Below, piece by piece: positions 35,662 through 47,373 of a stretch of DNA of 64,000 nucleotides. A program made the position numbers and the translations under genes. The notes under the pieces were generated by a model that was not told the origin of the DNA, searched no databases, and worked only from the letters and a program-made list of their open reading frames with translations. Where the stretch lies: contig CM060731.1 of NCBI GenBank assembly GCA_030704615.1, positions 63,302,001 through 63,366,000 of the forward strand, written 5' to 3'. Position 1 is the first letter of the stretch; each line of letters opens with the position of its first letter. This DNA is from Takakia lepidozioides (taxonomy: Eukaryota; Plantae; Bryophyta).

Positions 35662-36161
35662 NNNNNNNNNNNNNNNNNNNNNNNNNNNNNNNNNNNNNNN
35701 NNNNNNNNNNNNNNNNNNNNNNNNNNNNNNNNNNNNNNNNNNNNNNNNNNNNNNNNNNNNNNNNNNNNNNNNNNNNNNNNNNNNNNNNNNNNNNNNNNNN
35801 NNNNNNNNNNNNNNNNNNNNNNNNNNNNNNNNNNNNNNNNNNNNNNNNNNNNNNNNNNNNNNNNNNNNNNNNNNNNNNNNNNNNNNNNNNNNNNNNNNNN
35901 NNNNNNNNNNNNNNNNNNNNNNNNNNNNNNNNNNNNNNNNNNNNNNNNNNNNNNNNNNNNNNNNNNNNNNNNNNNNNNNNNNNNNNNNNNNNNNNNNNNN
36001 NNNNNNNNNNNNNNNNNNNNNNNNNNNNNNNNNNNNNNNNNNNNNNNNNNNNNNNNNNNNNNNNNNNNNNNNNNNNNNNNNNNNNNNNNNNNNNNNNNNN
36101 NNNNNNNNNNNNNNNNNNNNNNNNNNNNNNNNNNNNNNNNNNNNNNNNNNNNNNNNNNNNN
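35662..36161. other. Assembly gap (500 N)
   Basis: Run of N. Confidence 1.
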
Positions 36162-37154
36162 ACCTCCACGTGTCCATTTTTAAAAATAATTTCCGTTTCC
36201 TCTTCCGTCATCCATTTTCCTGAAGTTATTTATGTGTCCACTTGTCACTGATTCTAATGGATCGTGTAACTTTAGTAGGCTGTGTTGAGCTGTGACAGGC
36301 TGTGTCTACTGTGTTACGCTGTGATAGGCTGTGATGCACTGTGGTAAGCTGGGACAACGTCCGGGGAGAACCGGCACCAGTTACATGCTAGCCGACTGAA
36401 TTCTAGAATTTCCGAATGAAATATGAAACCTCAGGAAATGGATCCGAGGGAAAAAATGGCCGAAGTGGAAATCAACCGGGTGCCCTACTTTTAGGAAGGA
36501 TATTCGCCTTTCCATTTCATTACAGACAGGAAATCTGCCTTAGTTGGCAAGGCCTGGACGGATTCCGGCCCTTCTTAATATTACAAAAAATGGAAATGGC
36601 CGTCGAAGTCCACCACATGGCAGAAATCCAACGTGCCAGGCGGGTTACATCCAAGGAGGGCGTTTAGGTTGAAAAAATATTGAACTCAAAGAGGGCGGGC
36701 CGCGGGCAAACCCTACTAAGTCTGGACGTTGCTCTCGCAGCCCCAGCCCCACGCCTGCTTGCACTCGCTGCCTGCTATCACAGCTCACCTGTCCACGCGG
36801 GTTTCAATTCTGGCCTCCATGTGGTTTGAAGGCATTGACAGGTCCAACTTCTATAAAGATACAATGTTCTTCACTTGTTTGAATTGCTTAAAACTGGTTG
36901 TGATTATTTATTATTATTATTATTTACTTATTGTTGTGCATTTGACACTTGTGTTGTCAACCGGTTGATATTTATAAGGGCCGGATTTATAGCTGAACAC
37001 AAAATAAATCATTAGGAATATTACCGGTTGTAAAGAAATTATCTCGGAAATTGACCGGGTATAGTTACCACTAAGGGGCAGCAACCGACTGCCCAACCCA
37101 CTTAGCCGATTGCTGCTGGGAATGAGCGGCTACTGGCTGGTTCAACTGAAATTA

Positions 37155-37335
37155 TTTCCCGGACGCTGGGGGGGGGGGCAAATTAACCCCCTTTCATTTA
37201 TGGGCCATGAGGCCTACAGGACGATCAACGCCCAGACTACCGTCACGAACAATCCCACACACCAGGCAGGGCAGCGGGTTTGAACCCAGATCCTCCAGGG
37301 CGACACGCGTGCACTTACCAGCTGAGCTACAAGCC
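37155..37335 (-). mobile_element. tRNA-derived SINE
   Basis: Minus strand GGCTTGTAGCTCAGCTGG (A box) and GGGTTCAAACCC (B box). A second copy lies at 61029-61262. Confidence 0.75.
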
Positions 37336-37972
37336 AATGTGCTGATGGATTTTTTAGTTTTAAGCTAAAAACAGGGACAGAGGCCCTAGCAAATTTTATT
37401 TGGTATTATTTGGGGAGAAAAATTAAAACCCCGGTTACACCATAAGGCACACACACCGTAGTCATTGAAAGAGCGAACAAGACCCCTCAAAGCTATTTGA
37501 AGACCTGATCTGTTCTAGACCGAAGCTATAAGCTCCTAATATGACGTAGGCTAATTTGAAGTAACCAAGAGATCGTGGTGTAATTGAAGACTATCCCAAA
37601 AGAAGTGATACTATTGCACTTCGCATCGACCTCCTAGAATTAATCTATCTGTAGTGAAGCCGCAAGGCTTTTGTAGAAGCCTTAAGGTGAGCCTTCCAAT
37701 TCATGTCACATTTGAACTCGAGGGGATGCGGTGGAGGGTGGAGCATAGAGCTCTCCAGGAGGGAGGGGGGAGCTCGGTCGAGACACAAAGATCTGGTGAT
37801 GCACAGTAGCAAATGAGGCCATGATTGCCCCAAGAGGTTCAAAAGGCTTTGTGGATTGCTGCTGCTTTTTGCATATTGCGCTTGATGTATGTGCACAGTT
37901 TAGCCCAAGCTTTTCTCGATTCAATACCAAGATCTTGAAAGATTCCAGAGAGAAGAGAAGAGATAGAAGAGG

Positions 37973-38059
37973 TGTAACAACCAACATGTAGCCCAGTGGT
38001 AAGGGCATATACCCTCTTATGAGTGGTTGTGGGTTCAAACCACCGTGTTGGTTGTTACA
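37973..38059 (+). mobile_element. tRNA-like element with 16-bp terminal inverted repeats (TG...CA); tRNA pseudogene or mini-LTR
   Basis: D-arm GCCC-AGTGGTAA-GGGC, T-loop GTTCAAA and a degenerate anticodon arm. Ends are TGTAACAACCAACATG / CGTGTTGGTTGTTACA. Confidence 0.55.
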
Positions 38060-38153
38060 AAGGTGTCCACCTTCTTACCGGAAGGCAGTAGCCCTTCTGG
38101 GTCAAGTGACACGTGACACCATAAGTTACGCTTGCTTCAACAACGCGTCCACC

Positions 38154-39325
38154 TTTTTTTTCTTTTCTTTTTATTTATTTATTTATTTTCTTAGAAGAGG
38201 TGTCTCCTGATAAGGTTTTAGTGCATCTAGCCTTCCATAGAAGCCAAAGTATTGTGCTACAGAGGGTTTCAAAGACAGAACAGTTGATGGATCTATGTTT
38301 GGTGGTTCGATCATACTTGAGAAGAATATTAGTAGAAGACAGAGGTCGTGGATTCCAGTGCCTATAGAAGTCCTTGACTGAAGGCCATATACTGGCTAGG
38401 GCATGACAGAAGATGAGACAACGTTCTATGGTCTCTATGATACCCGTAGAACAGCAAGCGCATAGGAGCGCATCTTGAAATTGTAACCACTGGCTTTAGA
38501 ACTCGGTTCATGATTTGCCAAATGAATGCAGCCATCTCAAGTGGTTGGTCGCGATTTGATCCATACGGAGCTCCAAATGATGGCCCAGTTCTCATCTCTA
38601 AAGCCAAGGTGTTCCCATTTGGCCTCCCATTTGTTTTTCAGAGGCCGACTGATAGAGAGAGTTTTGTAACCTTTTTTTGTAGTATAAGATAAGAATGGCG
38701 TGATTGAGAGGGCTGGTTTGATGGACATACAACACAGTGAGTTGGCTGTTGACGATAGTAAGGGCCCAAAAGTTGTTTGCCGACAATTTAGGACCGGTAA
38801 TTTGCAAGTTTAGAATCCAGTGTGGGTTTATGGACTGAACAAGGTCATTATATCCATGCGAGGCTCTAGCTTTACCGACCACTTTGGAAACCGAGTCTTG
38901 GCTCCTAATACCGTTGTTTTCCCAAGCTTGCGTATTTGGGAGATACCAAGCTTATCCCAGGCTGATCACCTTGAGGCTTGGCTGTGTTGGGAGGGAGTAG
39001 GATTGTTTGTGTTGAGGAAAAGCTGTTGTCACAGGGTGTAGAGTCTCCCCCAGGCTTGCCATATGGTATTCCACAAGGAGGAGCCTGCATTTTTTTTTAT
39101 AACCCTCAGCTATCCATGGGATGGAGGGAAGCCAAGGTATTCGTTTCAAGGGAGATGCATGCGAATGGTGTCAACCACAAGGAATTTCCACCATCCTCCC
39201 TTTGGTCCCAGGAATCGAGGAATCCATTTCCCTAGAAGTGTCTTGATTTGGATTTCTGGGTCAAGGATGCCAATTCCTCCAATTTTCTGTGGAAGGCAGA
39301 TTTGCTTCTAGGCCACATAGGGTCT
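38154..39325 (-). mobile_element. L1-clade LINE, 5'-truncated 3' fragment
   Basis: Minus strand 'QICLPQKIGGIGILDPEIQIKTLLGKWIPR' and 'AAFIWQIMNRVL' (zf-RVT region), plus an A-rich tail at ~38154-38190. Confidence 0.8.
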
Positions 39326-41306
39326 TAATATGATATACCCTTATCCTTATATTTACCCTACATCAAGAAGGGTATATGTGTCGGGTAAAGAACCGGGGCA
39401 AGGGGTTCCCCAGTTTAAGCCCCCTATAGAGACGAGGGCGGAGCCTGAGTCTTAGGGGGCGAAAACTGGTGAAATCCCGCACCCCAGCCCATGACACACC
39501 CGCCAGCTTGGCGCTCCGCTGCAACGCACTCTAGGTCCCAACAAGTTAGGACTCACCAATATAAGCCCACGCAAAGAACAAGGGAAATATTTGAAGGGTT
39601 GTTTATGTTAAAATGAAGGGTATATCTAATCAGGGTATATAAGGTAACATAGCCATGTCGGTAGCATTCGACGGCGGCAGCATCCGAGGTGACATTTAGC
39701 GTGGAGGTACTTTTAGGGAATCTCACCATCTAGCAAAATCTAGTAGTTTTTTTTTTTCTGTGCAGAATAAGGGAGGGATTTTTTTGGGACATGAGACCAG
39801 TGCCTTACTACCTTTATGTGCTAGGTCTTCTCTCTTTTTGTTGTGGTGTTAGGGAGTCTTCGGCTCTAAGAAAGCTCCAATCACAGCTAAAAACAAATGT
39901 TACATATCTATCATTCCTAAAATACCGTATGACCCGAGAAAACATCTACATATATTTTTGGAATCTCGAGCCTCCTTCCTGAATTAAAGCCAAGATATTA
40001 TGCAATATCTCATCAATTTTCTCTTTTACCATAGATTGTTTTTTTTGCTTTGTATTGGAAAACATCACAATCTTAAAAACCATTAAATTGTATATTGAGT
40101 TAAATAATTATCCATACCCATACCCTGGGGGTATATTTTGGCATATATATCCTTACCCGGGGGTTATATAGAAGTCTGAAAAGTTAATTTACCCATACCA
40201 GGAGGGTAAACAAAGTTTTGAGATTTCAATTTATCCACACCTGGAGGGTAAATGATTTGACAAAAATATTTACTTATACCCTAAGGGTATATTGAAATCA
40301 ATATGCCCGCCCTCATTATTCGCACCATTTCGTTAATTAATACAGGTGGCCTTATTACATTGGCCCCCTCTTTTAACTCCTGGACCACGCTAATTCCTGG
40401 ACCACTCTAGAATTAACCGGCCCCAATGAAACTGCTTTTTTAATTTTCTTTTTCTTTTTTAAAATTTTAAAGGGAAACTGCTTTACATATCATATTGGTA
40501 TTGACTACTGACCGGTAAAAGTAGATTTTTGGGAACAATAACAATCCAATGGTGCGAGGTTCCAAAGGGCATCACCAGCCTGCCATACATCATGCCACAC
40601 CATCACACTAGAAGCCAAACAATACAGTGGACAAGGAGACAAAAGGATTACTATAAGTTGACTTGGCAAAGAGGCAAGAAAGATGAAGTTCTGTGTGGAG
40701 GAAAAGCTGCTTTCCACAGCAAAAGCTTTGTAGCCTACACTGTGGGGTTTTCTGGGAAAAATGGTTGACAAGAAAGGGAGACGAGACGAGTTGGGTTGTG
40801 AGGGTAGAGTATGATAAGACTTGTGTGGTTGTTTTCCTGGTGCATCCCATCGAAGGATTTTTCTGGGTTCCTTGTGTTCGTTGCCATGTTTGGTGTTGAG
40901 ATAGTTATTTCGTCTTCCCTGAGGGCAGACAAGAGTGTGCAGGGTTTTCAGGGTTATGCATCTCCAGCAGCGTGATTGCACTTTGACAACGTCGAGATAA
41001 AGTTGCCTGTCATCTGAGAGCGACTTGAATCTGTGGTCATTTTACTTAATTGTGATGGCTACTTGGCTGCTTGCAGTTCTATCCTCTAGTTTCACTTCTG
41101 GTTGATCGTATTGGTCCCTGCACATACCAGTGGCGTTGATTGTGGCCGCGAGAAACGTGTGGAATGTCAACCATGATGTCAAAAAGTCGTGGGTCACAAG
41201 AACAAGCAGACTATGGGCCATGAACACTGCAAAAATCGTAGGCTTGGTGGTGCTGAAGAGATTAGTCCTGCATTTTTCAAGGAGCAACAGGTAGAGGCTT
41301 CTGGAG

Positions 41307-42458
41307 ATGTCTCCAACCACCGAAGTTCAGTCCATGGAGGAGAATTTGTGGCAGCCAATGCCTGAACATGTGATGGAGAAGGTGCTGGCATGCTTGCCTG
41401 CCCGCAACCTTATACAAGCCCGGTCTGTGTGTAAGACATGGAATGTCATGATTCCATCTCCTGTATTTGCAAAGATATGGGCTGATACGCCTCATGCAAA
41501 GGATGTGCATTTCCCTATGTTCATTTCAGTGAGGAGGGATGGACTATCTGCGGCCTACAGTGTTCTATCTGGAAAGTGGCATGCCATGCCACCACTTCCT
41601 TCAGAAATGAATGTTCGCGGATGGATGGTTCCAGTGGCTGGAGATGGAGGGCTCATCTGCTTCATGAATCTGAGTGATTCTCTCAACAGAAGATGTAGCT
41701 TTTTTGTCTGGAATCCAATGACAAAGAGCTGCAAGAAACTGTCTTGCCCTTGGACTCCTTGTTATGAAAAGCTGTCAGCACATATGGTGGTGGATCCCCT
41801 TACAAGACACTACAAGATTGTTGTCATTGGATCATATCGTGGTCACATGCTAGGAAGGAGAGCTGCAGTGTTTGATTCAGCTTTGTATGATTCATCATCA
41901 ATTGCCTGGATGCCCACTAGTGATCTTCCTCCTGAGTTGGTCGAGCTGACATTTTGTGGGAGTGCCTTTTGTGATGGGGTCATTTACTGGATTGCTTGTT
42001 ATGGCGCTGGTTTCAAGGGGTTGGTTGCATATGATTTGGCTGAAGGAACGTGGAAGGATCCTCGAAAGTTTCCAACTTTCCAGAATTACCTGTTCCTGTC
42101 AAGGAAAAACAGAAATGCATTCCACCATATAGTGGCAATCAAAGGTCAAGTGTATGTGGTTGAAGTAATTGGTGATCGTCATGGAGGAACTGTTGAGATA
42201 CACAAGCTCAAATTGACAACAGAGATGTGGGCGCAGGTATCAAAACTGCCATATGATTATTCTACAGACGGCGAGATTATCAGCTGCTTTGCACATGATC
42301 CGTATGTTTATGTTATGTTCATCAAGAAGGTTTTGGTGTATGATGCATCAGAAGGCATGTGGCAGGAGCTGCCCAGCTTTCCTCCCAGTAATAACTCCAC
42401 AGATTATCAAGAAGCCAGGATTTGTTTTGTGCCTAGCTTGCAGGATGCTCCTCTGTGA
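41307..42458 (+). CDS. F-box protein with C-terminal beta-propeller (F-box/kelch- or FBA-like), intronless
   Basis: 'LWQPMPEHVMEKVLACLPARNLIQARSVCKTWN' F-box motif, then 'GDGGLIC', 'VWNPMTKS', 'YKIVV', 'YDSSSIAW', 'DGVIYW' and 'AYDLAEGTW'. Confidence 0.92.
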   Translation: MSPTTEVQSMEENLWQPMPEHVMEKVLACLPARNLIQARSVCKTWNVMIPSPVFAKIWADTPHAKDVHFPMFISVRRDGLSAAYSVLSGKWHAMPPLPSEMNVRGWMVPVAGDGGLICFMNLSDSLNRRCSFFVWNPMTKSCKKLSCPWTPCYEKLSAHMVVDPLTRHYKIVVIGSYRGHMLGRRAAVFDSALYDSSSIAWMPTSDLPPELVELTFCGSAFCDGVIYWIACYGAGFKGLVAYDLAEGTWKDPRKFPTFQNYLFLSRKNRNAFHHIVAIKGQVYVVEVIGDRHGGTVEIHKLKLTTEMWAQVSKLPYDYSTDGEIISCFAHDPYVYVMFIKKVLVYDASEGMWQELPSFPPSNNSTDYQEARICFVPSLQDAPL

Positions 42459-44022
42459 CAAAGGAGATTTAACCTTCCTCTGGTGGTCAGGAGTTCTCCC
42501 CTCCCATGCATTTTTGTACAGGTCTAAAACTCTAACGTGCCATCTCTTGATGCAGTAGACTGAATGTTTGGTCAGCCTTTTAAACAACTGTGCCACATGA
42601 GAGTGTGTGCATGACTAAAACAGTATGTGCTTTTTTTCTTCTGGCATATCATCAATTTCGGGGGATTCAGAGGTTTAGCATCAATGTGGTGCAATATGGG
42701 CTACTATTTCTTCAAGCTATCAAAACATCTTGCAAGCATTTGCACTTACTTCAAGAGTGCAGACCAGTCTGGTGCTCTGGTCTGGCAAGGTATTTCAAAG
42801 TGTTCTCTGTCAAGGAAACACTCATGCAGGGTATTCATTAGTATAAATATAGTGCCGAGATTGCACAAGCAAAGGCACTCAGTTCCTTACATCAGGTGTA
42901 TGAATTATGCAGCCAAACAAAGACAATCCCAGCAAGGCTCAGACCCAAACATGAGGGTTCATCTTAGAGGACAGGGTCAGAAATTTACTGCACAAAACTG
43001 TGGATGACAGGAGCCAGTTGGAGGGCTGTGTACTGAACACTGGCCACTGTACACTACTGGAACATTTACTTCACATGAACCCAGGAGGCCAATGCTTTCT
43101 AAGATTGGGGGAACAATGACACTGAATATCATATCTCCGGCTGTGCTTCACACTATCTTTGTCGGCAGCTAACCCTACCCCCCCCCCCCCCCCCCCCCCC
43201 TTTCCTAAAATTGGCTATTTCCTAGAGCTTTCAGCTTGTTTCACATCAGCAGCTCAAGTAGTTATTGAGAACATGGGAGTACTAGCAGTATCGGCGATCG
43301 ATCGTTGCATGAAACTAAGCACAATTGTTTACTATACAAGCTCCCCAATCTGGTCTCAAACTGTAGGCAGTTGTGTTCTGAAATGGGTGGAGTAGGTGGA
43401 CTCAGTCCCCCAACCTTTGAATTCCAACATGCACAAACCCATGTTCTAGTATGAGGGAGTCATGCAAATTCAGCCGCATCGATCAGTAAGAGAATCCCCA
43501 ACTACGATTACAATCACGATGTGAACTTTCCAGTGGCCACCATGGGACTGGATCTTGGTGGGTTAAGGCTAGCTTTCGACGACATTCCTGCAAGCTAGTC
43601 AAGGGCTCTATCTGAAGCAGCACCATGACAAACATACAAACATGTCATAATTTATGTTGCTGAACAAAGTTTTGCACATGGCTGCCTCTCTAATGAAGCT
43701 CATTATGAATCATGTTCAGTTCCATCTTCAAGCTTTGGAGAAGCTCTACCACCCACACCACAATAATGACAGCACTCTGCTTTCCTTCCACTATCACCAG
43801 AGCCAGTCAAAATCCCCCATTCACACATTACCTGCTCCGGTCAAGTGCAATTATGGCCACCTATGCTGCGTAAACCCCACCATCATTTCCTGTGGATATG
43901 CCACATGAAATGCCCTCAATAGTACATCATGGTCAATATTCTCAGGAAATGGTAGATGAACTGAGTAGCTACACAGATCAATGAATGAAGCCAGACACTC
44001 ACCTTTCCAGAATAACATCGCT

Positions 44023-47000
44023 TCACCAGTAATCCCCACAAGAACAAACCCCATCTTCAAAGTGGTGAAAGCGGTTAGCATCCCGTACAACAATTGCTCG
44101 GCCAACAATCTTTGAGATGAACTTGGTGGAGGTGTGGCAGTCACCACACACCCGAAGATTCTTGATGAGACGAAGAGGCGTCCTAGGGTATGTGCTGATC
44201 AGCCCAAAAGCAATGGCCAGCTTCTCACTGTGGTGGCAAAGAGAAAATTCCTTTTGCACCTCCTCCACATCATGCAATACAAAGCGCGTGTCAGGCACAT
44301 ACCCCACCTCCTTCATCAGCCCAGACAATTTTCTCAGTTCAGCATGAATTTCCTCAATTTTGGGATGCAAATTGTCATCTACAACGAAGGAGTGCATCCT
44401 GTTGCCAACCTCAATGCAGCAGCGACCTGGCTCCTTCCTAACCCCTCTGACCTTCATCATTTTTCTCACCTTTGCACTATCGTCCCACCTGCCAGCTGCA
44501 GCATAGATGTTCGATAGCAACACGTAAGTCGCGGCATCCTGTTCATCCCACTTGAGAATAGACGTTGCCGCATGTTCAGCCATCTCCACATTGCCATGGA
44601 TCCTGCAGGCACCAAGCAAGGCTTTCCACACCACAACATCTGGTTTGATTGGCATTTTATTAATGAGGTCCTCTGCCTCATCCAATTGCCCCGCTCTTCC
44701 AAGAAGGTCCACCATGCAGCCAAAGTGCTTTACTGTTGGAGTGACACCATGATCTTGACTTAGGGAAATGAAGTAGCGTCTTCCTTCATCCAGTAGGCCA
44801 GCGTGGCTGCATGCAGAGAGAACACATATAAAGGCGATACTGTCCGGCTTCAGGCCTTCCACTTGCATTCCTTCAAATAGTTGCAGGGCCTCCCTATGAC
44901 AACCATGCTGGGCATATCCTGCGATCATTGCGTTCCAGCACACCACATTTCGTTCAGCCATATTGTCAAACACTCCCTTTGCCTCCTCGATGCACCCACA
45001 TTTGGCATACATGTCCACGAGCGCAGTGTTCAGAATAACATCTGGTACAATTCCAGCTTTCATGATGTCACCATGGACCTCTTTGCCCTTTTCCAGGGCT
45101 GCCAGGCTCGCACACACATTGCAAACGCAAACAAACGTGATGTGGTTGGGCTCCACCCCTTCCTGCATCATTTGCTCATAGGTCTCCAAAGCCTCCATCC
45201 CACACCCCTGCTGTGCATATCCTGCAATCATCGCGCTCCACGACACCACATCTCGCTCAGCCATACTGTTGAACACTCCCTTTGCATCCTCGATGCTCCC
45301 ACATTTGGCATACATGTCCACGAGGGTATTGCTCAGAATAACATCTGGTTCAATTCCAGCTTTGACGATGTCACCATGGACCTCTTTGCCCTTTTCCAGG
45401 GCTGCCAGCCTCCCACACGCATTGCAAAGGCAAACAAACGTGATGCGGTCAGGCTTCACCCCTTCCCGCATCATTTGCTCATAGGTCTCCAAAGCCTCCA
45501 TCCCGCGTCCCTGCTGTGCATATCCTGCAAGCATCCCGTTCCATGACACTACATCTCGTTCAGGCATATTGTCGAACACTCCCTTTGCATCCTCGATGCT
45601 CCCACATTTGGCATACATGTTCATCAGAGCAGTGTTCAGAACAACATCTGGTACAATTCCAGCTTTGACGATGTCGCCATGGACCTCTTTGCCCTTTCCC
45701 AGGGCTGCCAGGCTCACACACGCATTGCAAAGGCAAACAAACGTGATGCGGTCAGGCTTCACCCCTTCCCACATCATTTGCTCATAGGTCTCCAAAGCCT
45801 CCATCCCAAGCCCCCGGTGTGCACATCCTGCAATCAAAGCGTTCCACGACACTACATCTCGTTCAGCCATACTGTTGAACACTGCCTTTGCATCATCAAT
45901 GCACCCGCATTTGGCATACATGTCCACTAGGGTATTGTTCAGAATGACATCTGGCACAATTCCAGCTTTCATGATTTCACCATGTACCTCTCTGCCCTTC
46001 TCCAGGGCTGCCAGCCTCCCACACGCATTGCAAATGCAAACAAAGGTGACGTGGTCAGGCTTCACCCCTTCCCGCATCATTTGCTCATAGGTCTCCAAAG
46101 CCTCCATCCCATCCCCGTGCTGTGCATATCCTGCAATCATCGAATTCCACGACACCACATTCCGTTCCACCATATTATCGAACAGTCCCTTTGCATCTTC
46201 GATGCTCCCACATTTCGCATACATGTCCACGAGGGTACTGTTCAGAATGATATCTGGTACAATTCCAGCTTTCATGATGTCACCATGGACCTCTTTGCCC
46301 TTTTCCAGGGCTTCCAGGCTCGCACACGCTTTGCAAACAAAAACAAACGTGATGTGGTCCGGCTTCACCGCTTGCCACATCATTTGCTCATAGGTCTCCA
46401 AAGCCTCCATCCCGCGCCCCTGCTGTGCATATCCTGCGATCATCGCGCTCCACGACACCACATTTCGCTCAGGCATATTGTCGAACACTCCCTTTGCATC
46501 CTCGATGCACCCACATTTGGCATACATGTCCACGAGGGTACTGTTCAGAATGACATCTGGTATGATTCCAGCTTTGATGATGTCACCATGGACCTTTTTG
46601 GCCTTTTCCAGGGCTGCCAGGCTCGCACATGCATTGCAAACGCAAACAAACGTGATGTGGTTGGGCTTCACCCCTTCCCGCATCATTTGCTCATAGGTCT
46701 CTAGAGTATTCCTGCCACACCCATGCTTGTTCAATCCTGCCATCATTATGTTCCATGTGATCAAGCTTCGTTGGGGCATTCTGTTGAACACTTGGTGAGC
46801 ATCCATGATGCTCCCACACTTAACATACATGTTGAGAAGGTTGTTGTGTAGAAAAACGTTTGGCTTGAATCCACTCTGGATAATGTGAGCGTGGACCTGC
46901 CTTCCAGCTTCCAGGCCTTTCAGCTTGATGCACTTCTGCAAGAGACAGACGTAAGTATCTGAATCTGCTGACACACCTCCTTGGTTTAAAGTCTGTAGAG

Positions 47001-47373
47001 CCTCTTTCAGTTGCCCTGCCTCACCAAGCATCCTCACATGCCCAGAAGTGCCGGAAGAGGCATTGTGGACTCCCTCACTTGGTCCTCTTTTGGAAGCTGT
47101 GGTCATGGTTGAGGTGCCTGAATTTATCAACTGTGCCACTGCTGCTGCTGATGATGCTTCCAGTTGACAATCTACCCATGCAGGTATCTTGTAGCTATCG
47201 ATCCACAAGGAATCATAGGTAATTTTGTGCTTGAAAACTGGCCCTCTTGGATGAATCTGGACCCACACTCTATCACTGCCTCTGCACAAATCATGCATAC
47301 ATCCTCGCCTTGCTGATAGCAGCTGACAATGGCAGCGTAGATGTCTTCTAGCAAATACCCCAACCCTACTCAT
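44023..47373 (-). CDS. PLS-class PPR-E1-E2-DYW RNA-editing factor (23 PPR motifs) with an N-terminal half PDF motif
   Basis: Six 101-aa L-S-P triplets, then L-S-P2-L2-S2, E1/E2, PG box, HSEKL, CGDCH and CSCGDYW. The true start is uncertain (first ATG 47373, or splicing into 47256). Confidence 0.95.
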   Translation of the reverse strand: MSRVGVFARRHLRCHCQLLSARRGCMHDLCRGSDRVWVQIHPRGPVFKHKITYDSLWIDSYKIPAWVDCQLEASSAAAVAQLINSGTSTMTTASKRGPSEGVHNASSGTSGHVRMLGEAGQLKEALQTLNQGGVSADSDTYVCLLQKCIKLKGLEAGRQVHAHIIQSGFKPNVFLHNNLLNMYVKCGSIMDAHQVFNRMPQRSLITWNIMMAGLNKHGCGRNTLETYEQMMREGVKPNHITFVCVCNACASLAALEKAKKVHGDIIKAGIIPDVILNSTLVDMYAKCGCIEDAKGVFDNMPERNVVSWSAMIAGYAQQGRGMEALETYEQMMWQAVKPDHITFVFVCKACASLEALEKGKEVHGDIMKAGIVPDIILNSTLVDMYAKCGSIEDAKGLFDNMVERNVVSWNSMIAGYAQHGDGMEALETYEQMMREGVKPDHVTFVCICNACGRLAALEKGREVHGEIMKAGIVPDVILNNTLVDMYAKCGCIDDAKAVFNSMAERDVVSWNALIAGCAHRGLGMEALETYEQMMWEGVKPDRITFVCLCNACVSLAALGKGKEVHGDIVKAGIVPDVVLNTALMNMYAKCGSIEDAKGVFDNMPERDVVSWNGMLAGYAQQGRGMEALETYEQMMREGVKPDRITFVCLCNACGRLAALEKGKEVHGDIVKAGIEPDVILSNTLVDMYAKCGSIEDAKGVFNSMAERDVVSWSAMIAGYAQQGCGMEALETYEQMMQEGVEPNHITFVCVCNVCASLAALEKGKEVHGDIMKAGIVPDVILNTALVDMYAKCGCIEEAKGVFDNMAERNVVCWNAMIAGYAQHGCHREALQLFEGMQVEGLKPDSIAFICVLSACSHAGLLDEGRRYFISLSQDHGVTPTVKHFGCMVDLLGRAGQLDEAEDLINKMPIKPDVVVWKALLGACRIHGNVEMAEHAATSILKWDEQDAATYVLLSNIYAAAGRWDDSAKVRKMMKVRGVRKEPGRCCIEVGNRMHSFVVDDNLHPKIEEIHAELRKLSGLMKEVGYVPDTRFVLHDVEEVQKEFSLCHHSEKLAIAFGLISTYPRTPLRLIKNLRVCGDCHTSTKFISKIVGRAIVVRDANRFHHFEDGVCSCGDYW

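Noticed and set aside
35460-36251. Long ORFs in the ORF track
   Set aside because: Artefacts of translating through 500 N.
37981-38051. Functional tRNA gene
   Set aside because: The anticodon arm is degenerate and the T-stem is one base short.
39325-40300. Possible MITE with many TACCC/GGGTA motifs
   Set aside because: Could not define matching TIRs or a TSD.
40529-40768. Protein-like fragment 'QWTRRQKDYYKLTW...VLCGGKAAFHS'
   Set aside because: May be a gene remnant, but I cannot assign a family and there is no clear start or splice structure.
44023-44430. U-to-C (DYW:KP-type) editing factor
   Set aside because: Retains the PG box, HSE and terminal DYW. KP, GRP and DRH signatures are absent.
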